Source of the DNA: Gonapodya sp. JEL0774
Taxonomy: Eukaryota
DNA: 64,000 bases
Direction: 5' to 3'
Assembly (NCBI GenBank): GCA_027604505.1
Contig: JADIIX010000015.1
Span: 1 to 64,000 of the forward strand
A program made the position numbers and the translations under genes. Under the pieces are notes generated by a model, which worked only from the letters and a program-made list of their open reading frames with translations, ran no database searches and had not been told where the DNA came from. This document shows, piece by piece, positions 25,835-39,293 of the stretch; positions within the stretch are counted from its first letter, which is position 1; the number at the start of each line of letters is the position of its first letter.

Positions 25835-26937
25835 ATGTCACATCCATCCTCTGTTTCTTCCCCCTTTTCCCTCTCCTCTCTTCCTCTTCTTTTCCTCAAG
25901 CACGTGAGTCGATCTCTTTGAGTCTCACCGCTTCCTTTGAACCCATTTCATCCTCACACATTGCCCTCAAGATCAAATATCCCATCATTCTCACTACCGT
26001 CCTCTCCATTCTTCTCGGTGCTTTTACCTTCCACACTCTCCAACCGCTTTATGTGGGTCTGGGAGGTGTGCTGACATCTGTGCTTGCAAAAGTATTGAAA
26101 CTTATCTGGAGAGTACCCAGACCAGTGGGATCAAGTAAAAGGAGGGAAGGAAAGAAGGAGAAAGTTCGGACGGGTGATGGTGGGTTGAGACTCCCTGTTG
26201 ATGGAGTCAGTGTGACGGGAGACAAGGTAGACGTGGAAGTGGAGGAGAACGCGAACTTTCACGATAACGGATCGATCCCGGCGGTGCCTCTTGCGGTTGA
26301 CATCCAAAAGGAAGGGAATCTCCACGGTGGGTTCTTTCTCTCTCGTCGAGTTTGTTGGTAACGCGCTCGAGGGCGGCTGCGTGACACACACCGACCCCAA
26401 TGCGGAAACATAAGCCTTCCGGCCCAAACAATGTTCGATTAAGTATATGTTGTTGCGCCTCTCAGTGGATGTCAAAACGAACCTTGGCCGGAACTGCAGA
26501 AGAATTTCGCACTTCAGTGAATCCTAACGAAAACAACCCTCTCTGTATCGATTTTGCTATCAACAGCCCGAGGCTTTCTCAGTCCCCGCCTCCTCGCCGC
26601 CTTGACTCCTCTTCTAAATTTGGTCAACTTCCTCATGTCGGCAGAGGACTACGCCATGCCATCATCTCACTCGCAATCATCAGCATTTTTCTCCTCGTAC
26701 CTCACATTGTCTTTGCTCTTCCCCAAAACCCCTCAACCGGAAGCTTTGTTCGTCACAACAGCTTTTGCAGCCAACGCGGCATACCTTGCCGTGGCATGGT
26801 CCCGAGTCAGGCTCGGACATCACACTTGGTCACAGACAATTGTCGGGTGGGTTGTGGGAACCGCAGTGGCTGTAGGCTGGTGGGGAATTTGGGCAAAGGT
26901 GGGCGGCCAGGTGGATGAAGCCGTGTTTGGGAGTTGA
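25835..26937 (+). CDS. PAP2-family lipid phosphate phosphatase (dolichyldiphosphatase/LPP-epsilon-like)
   Basis: C1 KLIWRVPRP, C2 YAMPSSHSQ, C3 WSRVRLGHHTWSQTIVG. Confidence 0.88.
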
Positions 26938-27572
26938 ATCGTTGGTTGGATACAACACGGAACGCGTTCGCGCTTTTGTGGTATGAAGCACTCCATCAGC
27001 TTCTTGAGTGAACGTGGACTGCCGCTGGCTCCCCGGACACCAACAGTCTCACACCACGACTCCTTTCATGATCCGTCCCCAAACTGTAAGGATATCGAGA
27101 GTCCCAAACTCAGCACTGGGTGTTCTTGTTGGGTTTCACAACCGAGACGGTTCCACATGCCGCCGTTGTTGAGTTGCGCCAGGACGCAAACGCATCCGCA
27201 ATTTGTGACGTTGGCGGTAGGTATGAAAGGAGCCATAGATTGTAATCGTCTTTGGCTGCACTAATTCTACGCAGCAACTGTTGGACCCTTGCGGCTATCT
27301 GGGGAAGTTAGAATGGTATTACTACTAGAATGTTGTTAGAGTTCACGTAAGTAGATATGTAATTTATATGGAACAGTTATCTTTTTCACTCAGCATGTCG
27401 CCACCGCGACAAGGCAGTGCGTTGTAAAGAGTACGGCCTGCGTACGGAATACGTTTCAGCAATTCATCGTTCTCGGTCACGCATCCTATGTAACATGAAA
27501 GTGGGAATAGTAGTTGAATGCTTGAACTCAAAATGGAAATAAATAGAAACATTTGACTCCTCACATATATTA

Positions 27573-30500
27573 TTGGCCAGTCAGTTCACATATCCGCCAC
27601 TCAGTTCATCCAATCCCATTCCAACCGGGTCCATCATGGCGGACCGTCCAACATACGGTGCTCCAGAAGACGACGCACCGACATCCGCCTCATCTCCCGC
27701 ATCGTCGTCGTCGGCGCCACCTACGGCGACCGCTCCTGTGCCTCCCTCCCCCGCGCCGGCATTGCTGGTTCCCTCGCCAGAAGATGCCGCTGCACCTTAC
27801 TCGTCAAATTTTGTTGAAATCGAACCTGAGGATGACCAAATCGAGGTTCCTGCAGTGTTAAACCCCGAGATACACGCGACCCTGTACAAGAGAAGAAAAA
27901 CAGCCAGGCAAAATGTGAATTTGAGGGATGGAATCGTGGAAATTGAGGTACCAGTGCCGGGAAGGGTCAAGGACATGGTGGGGACGGGTTTGGAGGCGGG
28001 GGAGACGAGCAAGTTGCGGTACACAGGTACGTTTGCATTGTAGGATGGCTTTGCAGTGGTCCTCTTGTTTTTTCCACCTTCAGAACTGTGTCGATGGTTT
28101 GCGAGTGGTTTGCGCGAGAGGAGACTTCCGACGATTTCAAAAGTTGTCATGTGCTTGTGTGCCATGAGTCTCACTGCCGTGTCCCACCCAACAAGCCGCC
28201 ACCTGCCAGCCCCGCCTGTTTCCACGCAAAGGGTATACTTTGCGTCCTCGGATTCTTGGAAGGCAGATTGAGATGGCAATATGTGGGTCATGACTTGGAA
28301 ACGGTGCATGGCAGATCACCTCATCACATACAATTTATGATGATTTTGGGGGAACCTGCAGGCGTAACGCTCTACAATGAAGACGTGCGCCTTCTGGTCC
28401 GCACTTTAGTGAGTTTGTGCTTCGAATTGGTATATTCTACCTTCTTCACAGCTCGTGTCAATGGTGCACGACGTTTCCAGTGTGCAGTGATCGACGAAAT
28501 CCGTATCATTACGAGCCGTCAAAACAGTGTCATGTGGGGCGTACCAGACTCTTGGACCAAAATTGTGCTCGTCATCGTTGCAGAGTGCGTTCATCGTGCC
28601 GAACAAACAAGTTTTAATTCTCACCACTTTATCATCCAACCAACACATTTTTCCAGCGGCCGCAAGTCCATCCACCCAACTACCCTTGCCGCCCTTGGTG
28701 CACTCGGCCTGTACCAAGATACGCTCGCCCAGTCCCAAGTCGGCGGCGAGCCAGTCGTCGCTCATGTTTTTGAACACACAACACAACTCACGTTGGACCC
28801 CAAGACGTTCTTGCCTAAACCGTCGGGCGTTCCCGTGCAGACTGTGTTCGTCCTCAAGGAACAGAATCAGAGGAAGATTAATTCTCATAGGTGGGCTTCT
28901 CTCCATGTTGGCCAAGCGAGTGCGGTGGTCGTCGTCGCTCGCATTGTGATTATTCCACCTCGGTTGTACCAACCTTCCCTCATTTAATCGCCCAGATGGT
29001 TTTTCGAGGGTGTGTGCGAGACCATTCAACCAAGCGTCTGCGTTTTAGTCGATGTGGGCACCAGGCCGCTACCACACTCTATCTATCACTTTTGGAAGGC
29101 GTTTGATAGACATACAAATGTTGCGGGAGTGTGTGGAGAGATCATGGTACGCTGTGCAAAGCGTTTTACGAGACAGTGTTGTGAGAATAGTTCTAAGGTG
29201 GTTTGAAACTGCAATGTGTGACTGTGTAGGTCGATTCCACTCTCGGAAATTTGCTCAAGAACCCATTGATTGCGGCGCAGAACTTTGAGTGTAAGTTTCT
29301 TTGATGCGTCACGAAACCTGTTCTCGGCTAATGTCAATCGGGGTCACTTTGTTCTCCGTTCGACTTTCACAGACAAAATGGCGAATATGCTCGATAAAGC
29401 CCTTGAGAGCTCGTTTGGGTACATTTCCGTTCTTCCTGGAGCGTTCTCGGCTTACAGGTATGGCGGGCCAGGGGTTGTGTGAATGACCTCAGACCGTAAC
29501 CTAATCGGTTTGTCGTCCTACAGGTGGACAGCCCTGCAGAACACTTCACCAGGAAGGGGTCCACTGGGGTCCTATTTTAAGGTACGGCGCCAGTAGTGTT
29601 TTGTCACATACAGTCCCCTTGCAGGACATAATCGTTCTTTGTCATATCCGTCTCACAGGGTACGGTATCTCGTGATGCAATGATGAGAAGAATCAGCAGG
29701 TATCCACAATGATGACGTTCCCTCCTTTCCTCCTCTCTATGCTGGTTTACCCTTGGCCTTCCACTTCCTCGTCTCGCTCTGCCATCAGGTGAAGACATCA
29801 TGTCCGGAAAAGCAAAGGGGGGAGTGTTCAAGACAAACATGTACCTTGGTGAGCTAAAGCATATTAATTCTTGTGCTCATTCTTCCAATGTTCATTCGTT
29901 TCCCATGTCGTCGCTCAGCCGAAGACCGTATTCTATGTTTCGAGCTAGTCTCAAAGGCAAGCTTCTAGTTTGCTTGCTACCTGGCAGATCATGGCTTCAT
30001 ATCTATCTCCATTTTGTTTCACCTTCGTGGCGATTCTAACCTTGTGCCATACCTTAGATCAACAGCAAATGGCTTCTCCGATATGTTAAGGATGCAAAGG
30101 CTGCCACCGACGTGCCAAGCACCGTGCCGGATTTGGTTCTTCAGCGTCGGCGATGGATAAATGGAAGCATTTTCGCAGCCTTGTATACTCTGATGTGTGT
30201 ATTCCTGTCCATCTCGCCCAAGTCGAAACTATTCAAAGCACTTTTATTATTCTTATTCATAGGAACTGGCGCGACTTCATGAAAAGTCATCACTCGTACC
30301 CACGGAAGATTGCCCTTTTGGCGTCGGTGGGATATCAGTGGATTTGTTTCATTTGGCAATGGTTCCAGATTGTGAGCCCAGCTGCGTCACCAAGTTCGTT
30401 CGCGCTTTCTGATTTACTCTTGTTGTTACTCTTGTTGCTTGTCTCGAAATTCAGTCGAGCTTCTACCTTACTTACTACTTCGTCTTGCGTCAGAACTCGC

Positions 30501-31903
30501 AGCCGGGAATGGCTTTCGGAAAGTGTGTTTGAGCGGAAAACTTTGTGTCAACAGATACCTGACGCACTCGTCTCAACATAGTGCGGGACAGTGGTTTTTC
30601 CAAGTGCTAAATCAAATTTATCTTGCGGCCATCGTTCTTCAACTTGTCGCTTCTTTGGGAAACCGACCGCAAGGCAATCGACGACTGTATCAGAGCATCA
30701 CTGTTCTTCAGAGCCTTCTTATGTGGTTTTTTGTGTACTGTATTTTCTGGGTCCTTGTGCGGTCTTTCCAAGACTATGCCTCTGGAATCTCAGCTGGAGT
30801 GAGTTTGCTCATCTGGTTCCCCTCATCCTCAACTGCCCATCAAATTATGACTTTTTTGGTCTTCAAGAACGTGGGCATCCTCAACTTGCTTATCGCTTTA
30901 CTATCTACGTACGGTCTCTACTTCTTTGCGAGTGCTTTGTTCCTTGATGTTGCTCATTGCTTCTCGAGCTTCAGTGAGTGACTCCCTTCAAGAGTGATCA
31001 TGTTTATTCAACTTTAAGAGCGACGTTTTGGTCCCTATGTTTCGAAAAGTACAATACACTCTCCTCACTCCATTGTACATCAACGTATTGCTGATATACG
31101 CATTCTGCAACCTGCATGATGTCACGTGGGGAAACCGCCCAGAGGCGGTGGGCCCTTCAGAGCTCCCACAAGTGGAGGTAAAAGCAAACACTGCGGTTCT
31201 GGAACTGCCAGACACGTCGAATGCTGCTGAGGCGAACGAGCACTATGGTGTTTTCCTCGATGTTCTTCAAAGCGCGGCCTCGAATGTCGAGACACCTACC
31301 CCGCCAGTGGCGACTCGTGAAGATGAATATAGGGTATGAGCGGGAAAAGGGTTTCGGCTTTTCCGAGACAAACTAAGTCCTCTGACTTTCAGATGTATCG
31401 CACAAACTTTGTTCTCATCTGGATTCTAACCAACGTAATTTTGATCCTGATTCTGACGAATGAGTCAATTCTCTCTTCATTCCCGTACAACTGGTAAGCT
31501 GTCTGATCATCGTCTTCTATACCTCAATACTTATCCCTCGTCGAATCATGTTCTCATCTTCAACAACAGGAATCCGTACCTCTCTTTCGTTTTTTTCATG
31601 GTATGTTCCGCGAACGTCTTCGTCAAACATGCATCTCACAGCCACCGTCGGTTTTGCAAATAAGACCACCGCATTTGCCCTCGTCAAAACTTGCGGCGTA
31701 CTTTACTACCTCTTCGTGCAAAATTGGTATGAGAAGAAGAAAGATGAAGGGGAGCGTGGCCAGACCCACCCAGACATTGGAGCAACGGCGGTATGTGTCG
31801 GGGCGCGGCCTCCTTGCATTCCAGTTAACCCAACCCATCCACTCCCTTATAGATGACGTTTGCTCCAGTTGATGAAAGCCGTCAGAATTTGACACAGGTG
31901 TGA
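27573..31903 (+). CDS. chitin synthase (division 1)
   Basis: [90 protein letters not shown]; multiple TM helices. Confidence 0.96.
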
Positions 31904-32001
31904 CCATCAACAGTAGTACTAATTAAAACGTACATTACCTAACGTTATGTCTACGGGATACATAAGTGTAACGATTCTGAGAGTCCATGCACTCATCGTG
32001 A

Positions 32002-34848
32002 TCACGAGTTGAATTGAGCAAAGCAAGAGGCAATTCCCGAAGTGTCATGCCAATAGGTTGAACAGGGCAGCCTTGCTCTTTCCAACCGCATTTTCTTTTG
32101 GCTCCCTACTGTTTTCTGAGCTGAACGTGGAGTGTGTGTCGCTGCGCAGATGTGCTGTGAATGGTACAAGGTTGAGTCCGAAGGAGTTGTGCGAACGTGA
32201 GAACAAACGATCGAAACATACAGCTGCCCCATTCGCCCCTTGACACGAGCTCAAACATGGCCTGAAGATTTATGTTTGAATGTTTATATTGCGCCCAGAT
32301 CACCGTTCAAATGCAAACGCACCTTGAAAAAGCGGTCCTTGACTTCACCTTCATACGCCTCTCCAACGTTCCTCAACACAAACACATGGTAGAGGATTCC
32401 TTTGGGACTATCAGTTGGACCGGTGAAGGATGCTATCTCGAACGGCGTCTTGAAGTGTTTCAGAAACACACTTGGTTGGGATTGGTGAAAATCTGATGTA
32501 GTGAAGATGCTTCTTCGAAATCAAATCAATAAGAGGTTGGTGATCACCACGGACTTACGTGGCTTATTTCTACCAGGGAACGACTTTTCTGCTATCTTAT
32601 ACAACTCCTTGTTCGCCAAAACGAACACCTGTTCATTGTTCATTGTCGGAATAGAAGACGGCGTGCTCAACAACAAGTGCATCCAAACGCCGAGATTGTA
32701 CAGAATTTCTCACAATGTTAAGCACAGGAGAGTCCGGGTATTGTTTTCTGAGCTGCAAGCAAACAGAGCCGCTGCGATATTGGTTGATTCACGTTTGAGG
32801 ACTCGCTGCAATATAACTACCTTGTCGACCCCTGCGGTTGGTGTGTAAGTCACTGTAAGGTTCTTCCCATCAAAGATCTCTCGGTAGGGCCAACTTCTGG
32901 GTACAGTCCAATCAGGGCGTGTGAATGGTATCGCAATATCTAGAATTGACCTGAACAATGATGGTGATGACGAGATACAATACGAAAAAGTGATTCTCAC
33001 CTGCATGTGAGGATGGTTTGAAGATGAGTTCGAAGGGTTTTCTCGTACCGTTTGGAAATCTGAACGGTATGGAAACGGTGGGGAATGAAGGGGAACTATT
33101 CGATGCGAGGTTTACTTGGTCGTCAGATCCAGAAGACCACTGAGAAGATGGTGGCGTGTTGTACGATCCTGATGCTGAGTTTCGATGCGCTGGCGATCCG
33201 GGGTGCGCAGGGGATGCAGCGTGTAGGTGAGGCGAGCGCGGCGGTGTTTCGGGGGTCACTGGAGCAATATCATACAGTGACATGGGGTACAGGGTCCCAT
33301 TGTGTTGGTAAGCGACGCGAGCCGAATCCTCCTGCGGACGGGAATCCAATGGGGCTGGACCGCCGTACGACTGACTGCCGTACGATTGCGCAATGTAGGT
33401 GGGTGCGCCATACGACTGGGCACCATAAGCAGGAATGTTGTATGTTGGCTCAGCGTACGCCGTCTGAGATGGCGCCTGAGAGGGTGACAATGAATTTGAC
33501 GCCTTCGGTGGGTTGGGCACCTGCTGTTGAAAGTCGTAGTATGTTCTATTTGAAGGAGGAGAGTCGTTCTCAAAGGGTTGTTGGCGCTGCTCTGGCAGGT
33601 ACGGATTCGTCGGTGGCAAAGTTCTGACAATTAAATTTCGTGGATTTGTGACGTCCGAGTTCTTCTGATGGTGGCAATGAACTCACATAGGAGTCGGTGA
33701 AACAGGTGACGATTGAGCTAGCAAAACTCGCGGAGCTACACAGCCTCCTGGAAACATGCCCATTCGACTGGTGCTGATATTCAATCCTTTGCACCAACTG
33801 TCGTTGTCTGCGAACGCTCCATACACCTGAGCAACCTTGGGAGTAGTTAAAGGGGGTTCCCTAGCTTCACTTACATTCTTCCCACACTTGAACACGGTCC
33901 CCAACCTGAGATATCACAATGGGTAAAAGCGTGCTATTATCGCACATCTCGTCACAAAGAACCAACCTGTAGTTCAACTTCATCTTCTTGTCTGGGAGTA
34001 AAGTTTCTGATCACGGGAAGACTGACCGTTGGATCGACTGGCCGTGGCGTGTCCTGGGCGGCTCTCAATGTGGTAACAACTGAGTTCGCACCAAGCGAAC
34101 TCGTGATGGCTCCTCTCAAATTTGGAGACCCGATTGCTGTTGAATCGCTTCTTGTCGAGAAGGCTATGGAGCTTGCGAAAGAGTCGGTGTTGAAAGTTCC
34201 GTCTCCATTACCAACTCCGCCTGCATTTCTGTTCCCACTTCCCCGCCCGTTTCCTATATCATTGCCATTTGCGGTTGCATTTGCGAAACCGGTACCTGAT
34301 CTAGCGAATACCGGTGGGGGAACTGAGTTTTGTACCGAGGTGGCGGTCATAGTCCGGGAGCTCTGTGGGGCACTCTCTGGCCCCACAGAGCTCATCGACA
34401 TATGTCTGTCCATAGGGGCAGACTTTGATGGAGGTTGGAATCATGATCCTCAGACTGGAGGTAACTGGATGTGCGGCGAGCACTCACGGAGGATGAATTG
34501 ATGGTTATCATGATAGCCTTGTCACCAGGTGTCTCGAAAAACAAATAAAGGTCCGAATCTTCCTCCAGATCCACGAGTGTCGCCGAATCGTCAATCTTCA
34601 TCCCTGCAGCGTAACCCTCGACATACTTAATAACGAGATCCCTCCGATCTGCATTGAAAGATTTCATTCTCGTCAGGAGAGTGTCGACAAAAGCATCGTA
34701 AGTTTGAGGAGGGCTCTGTGGAGAGAGAGAATTCGTGACTGGGAACACAGCAAGGCACGTGCGCGCGTCGACTGATACAGCGTCTCACATTGAAAACGAC
34801 CACTTTGACACTACCGTTCCCATAGTAGCATCGAATTGGAATTCCCAT
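32002..34848 (-). CDS. PB1-like + SH3 adaptor with unrecognised C-terminal domain
   Basis: N-terminal IPIRCYYG...LVIKY...LVDLEEDSDL (PB1-like); SH3 VIRNFTPRQEDEVELQ|VGDRVQVWEEY|NDSWCKGLNISTSRMGMFPGGCV; in-phase introns continue into ORF 32912-33619 and small downstream exons. Confidence 0.7.
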
Positions 34849-35237
34849 TGCGATTGGAGGACGATTGTACCTTTTCACTGATAAACTGATACGGCCCAGT
34901 GTTGAGACCAAAATGAAATGTCCTCAGGAATCTACCTGAGCCGAGCTCCGCCACCACGTGCGAACGATCCACAGCCCCTCACACAATTAAAGATGGCAGC
35001 AAATACATATGTCCAAAATCTGATGAAGGAATCAACTGAAGATGAACGCAATCGTCCGGTTTACATTATCAGTCTGACATTCAGATCTCTCAAAACGAAA
35101 ACTGACGAAAGATTCCTCTTATCGCGGCGACCACGATGATTTCGAGTGGATGAAGAGGCATGTTCATTGATTTCATCTTTTGTATGAGTAAATTCATCAG
35201 TTCAAGCGCTCTCTCAACACAACTATCCCAAACCATG

Positions 35238-38181
35238 CTAATTGCCTTGCTTCCCGATCGAAACACCCACAACAACTCCCAATACGACAGCACAGACACT
35301 CGACACAAACAGAAGAAGCACCATCTGGAGAGGAATTCCTTGCATTGAGGATATTGGTGCCAGCACAATGTGACTTGGTCCCAAAGGAGTGGTGAGGACG
35401 GCAGAATCCCATACGTCCGTTTGCACACCAACACTCGTCATCACCGTATCCTTAACCGATCCCACCAGATTTGAAGAGACTCCTGACCTCCTATTATTCT
35501 CCGACAAGTCAGGTGTAGCGTCTGTAGTCACATCCAACGAACCAGAAGCTGCCGCGGAGCCCGAGGTACTTTCCCCCTTTCGGGTCAAGAATTGTCCGGT
35601 TTCGATGCGTTCTCGTTCACTACGGTGCTCTTTCGCCTTTTCTCTCTCACCCCGATCCTTCTCCTTCTCCTTCTTGCATAACACTACATGCACAGTTCGA
35701 ACTACTCGGAACGATTTTGCTTGAGTGATGACCGAATCTCCGAGTCCTGAGCCAGATTGTCTTGTTTTGGAAACTTGATTCAACTTGCCTCCAGAAGTGT
35801 TTCGACTATCGACCTCATTCTCAGTATTCTCAATTTCACCTTCTCGTTCGTCTTCCGTCACCGCCAACCCCCTTTCGCCATCTGCTTCAGTATCAATGTC
35901 ATTGTCCGACGCGGGTTGGGAGGTATCCCGAGGTGCCCCCAAATGCCGCCTGGGCAAACCGCCAATAGTTCTATCTGTGGACAAAGATCCCGCTACCTGC
36001 ACTCCTGCCAACATTGAGTGATCACCATGTGTCATCTGATCGTCGCCAAAAGCAGAGGGGTCACTGGAACCGTCCCCATTCCCACTCCCATGACCTGCCA
36101 AACTACTGCTCACCAACCTTGCAAGTCTTTCCATTCCTGTCCCCCTCCGTCCCTTCTTTCTTCCAGCACTGCCTTCCTCGTTGTCGTCAGAATGATTGAC
36201 GGAATAAACAACAGGCGCCCACATTGTGGCACCGCTAGTCGCGACAGCGTGATCGGTCGGAGTCGTCGTTGACACCGAAGGACGCTGCGAGGCAGGCATT
36301 CGGGTCGGATCAGCAGCTAAGTCTGCTAATGTCATTGGAAGCTCCACAAAAGATCGTTCAGCCACGACTAACCCGATCTGCAGAGCGTAACGGCCTGTCT
36401 TGGGCCCAGGCCCTAGCACGTGACGGCATCGCCCGTCCCATACGGGCGTACCCTCAGCAACTGGCCATGGCACCATCGTGGTTCCAGGAGAAGAGCCCGA
36501 AGCGGGAGGGCCCTCACGGCGCCCGACTACTTCTTTGTATCGGGGTGGGTGCGCTGAGACCAGCCCTCGCGAAGTTGAGAAAAGCAGTCGCATGGAAAGA
36601 GTAAGATAACGTGGACGGATACGGAAATAGTCGGGCGGATTCAAGGGGGCAACTTTGAGTGAGAGATTAAGATCTGCATGATGAGGATGGGTACTGAGAC
36701 ATGATCACAATTCCACAACACACTCGAATAAAAGTTGAATGGAGCCAGCAATATTCGTACCATTCAACATTCCGGACTGAGTATGCACCAGGCCTCATGG
36801 GTGGCAATGGCAGTCCCAAGGTCCATCTGGGAATACCGGAGGCAACGTCCGAAGTTGGCATTGGCCGAGACCACAAGCGCGAGAAAATGAGGTCCAACGA
36901 GACATCAGAGACTGATTGAACCTAGCAGATTGATTTTCCAAAGGTCAGCAAAGAGCGATTGAAAATGCATAATTTAGTTTGCCTTGGACGTACGACAACA
37001 CAACTCACCTCGTTCCTCCAAACGTCAATCCCACCTCCGAATCCTTCGTCGATGGGGCCCCATTCGAGCATCGGATTCGCGCTCTGCGGTCCGACCACTC
37101 TCCGGCATGAATACCTCACGTACCTCTCTGCATACAATGGCGCGGCAGAACGATCCCACGTGGATGGGTACTTGAGTGCTCCCATGTTTGACATGGATGA
37201 GAGGCGAAGCACCAAGACCGGATGCGACGTATGCGAAGGCGGAGTGGCTGGGGATTGGGCAGCGCCTGCAGCAGAAGTGTTGGGAAGCGTTGGCGGCTTG
37301 AGCAGGTGATAGATTGATCGGTGAGATGCGGTTCTTGTGATGGCGTTAGAAAGATTGAGTATTGGTTCGTCGGGGCAGTAATGAAAAGTTGAACACACCG
37401 GAAAGTCCGGGATACTGCACGCAGTCGCCAAGTTCTCTGAAGGGAAGGATCAGAAAGCTAATAGAGGTGTAAAGCGTGTGTCACCGTAGGGAACTGCGGT
37501 ACTAGGGAATCTCTGATTGTTTTCGTAAGTGAAAACGCCATATGTTGAGCCTTCAAATTTCCCGTTCAAGGATGCGATTCATCCATGCAATGTTCAAATA
37601 GTTATCACTCATGTCCATGAGTTCTCCTGCTAAATTCCACCCAGCTTGGACAATTTACTCACCAGCATTATTCTGGACACAATTTCCTCAAGTGAGAACA
37701 ACCTGTGCATCCTGGAAATCTGGACAACCTTCACACTGGCAGTTGCGTCAGCAGAAAGGGATAACACGGCACCCTTCACGAGAGCAGAAGCATCCAGGAC
37801 ATGGCTCGGGGTCTCGGATAACGTTGTCGCCGGATCAGGAGCTGTAGTGCTGCTAGTGACGTGATTTTGAGCTGCCTGCGGCCCAGGTTCCACAGGCATT
37901 ATTGAAGGCAGCACGTGCACTGGCGTCTCGGTGTCACCGACAATGGGCGGAAGTGTTGTGGTTGAGGGTCCATTGGGCGCTTCCACAGATTCGTGGATGT
38001 TGCTCTGAGCCACTCCAGCACCGTTCGAGTCAGCACTATCCGATCCATCTCCTGATCCTATTGAAGGAAAGTTCGACGTTTCTGGTTGCGTGGGCGAATC
38101 GACATGGCTTTGCGGGTGGGAAGCACTGTCGTGATCCCCCTCATCGTGAATCACTCCGACGGCTCCACCAGCCACCTCCAT
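35238..38181 (-). CDS. F-box-like protein with C-terminal transmembrane anchor
   Basis: Spliced LFSLEEIVSRIML|LSDPSLQRTWRLRAVSRTFR resembles an F-box; C-terminus MVLLLFVSSVCAVVLGVVVGVSIGKQGN; exon joins inferred. Confidence 0.55.
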
Positions 38182-38412
38182 TTTAAGAAAACGATCGTGC
38201 CACTGTACCAAGAGATTAGGTCCTAGTCAGACGGAGCACCCGCAGAGAAGCCAGCGTTGAATCAATGAGGTGATATGTAACTGCAAGTTCATCGACCAAC
38301 ACAGTCTCGGACATTCAGCCGTCTACCACAATCAATTTTAATACAGCTGGTTACAATTGAATAAACAAAACCAAATCCAAAACAAGAAATAAATGACCAT
38401 CTAAACTGTCAG

Positions 38413-39293
38413 CTAGCTCATGTTGGTAAATAGAGTAATAGAGGAGGAGGTTGGCGAACGTGGTAAACTACAAGCGTCCAGCACCGCCGAGAATCTGGGG
38501 AAGTCTTTGTCTTCCAACTTTCTCGCCGCATCCCAGTGAGAGTCCGTCACAGTGGCCCCAGCCTTTATAAGTAGAGCGACAATGTCTGGGTTCGGAGACA
38601 ACTTTGCTAATTGAACCGTTTCCTGCACATTCGTCGGGGTCGCCAATCGTATCACCGCTCCGCGTTTGTTCAGAACAAGCTGACCTTGCCGCTCTTCCTC
38701 CCCGATGATTTGGACTGAAGTTCCATCCCGCTCGAATGAATCTCCCCAACCAAGCGCAAGAGCCAGAGCCGAATCAAACCGATACGTAAGATCGTATTGA
38801 CCGACTGACAGCTGATTCCATTCATCTTGTACCCAAATGGGCCGGCCCCGCACAACTGACCAGGAAACGGGCAAATTCGGGTCTGCCCGCCCTTGGAGAA
38901 GCGTCGCCACACAATCTGTATGATTGAATATAATTGCCAAAGCCAGGGCGGACTCCGCATTCCAGGTAAGGTAACGGTTTTCGGATCTCCCAACCCCTTT
39001 CAAGACGACCTCGTCGCTGAGGAGTTTCTTGCTCCGCTTCATCTCTTCAAAGACTAAGCACCTGAACCATTCCGAGGAAGACAGCACATGCATTAAATTG
39101 ATGCTCAGACAGCGTGATGGCTCACTTCTGTGTTCCCTCGACAATTGCAACAAAAGGCTCACCTCAGCGTGACCACTTTTCGAGCATAAGGCTCTGCCCC
39201 CGCCTTCAATGCAGCCTCTAAGCCTTCCACATCCCCTATTTCTGCAGCCTCGAGTAGGAGGAGGTTGGCAGCGTTGAGCGCGCTATGGGTCAT
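38413..39293 (-). CDS. ankyrin-repeat protein with long inter-repeat insertions
   Basis: LLEAAEIGDVEGLEAALKAGAEP, ESALALAIIFNHTDCVATLLQGRADPN, DSALALAL...DIVALLIKAGA. Confidence 0.75.
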
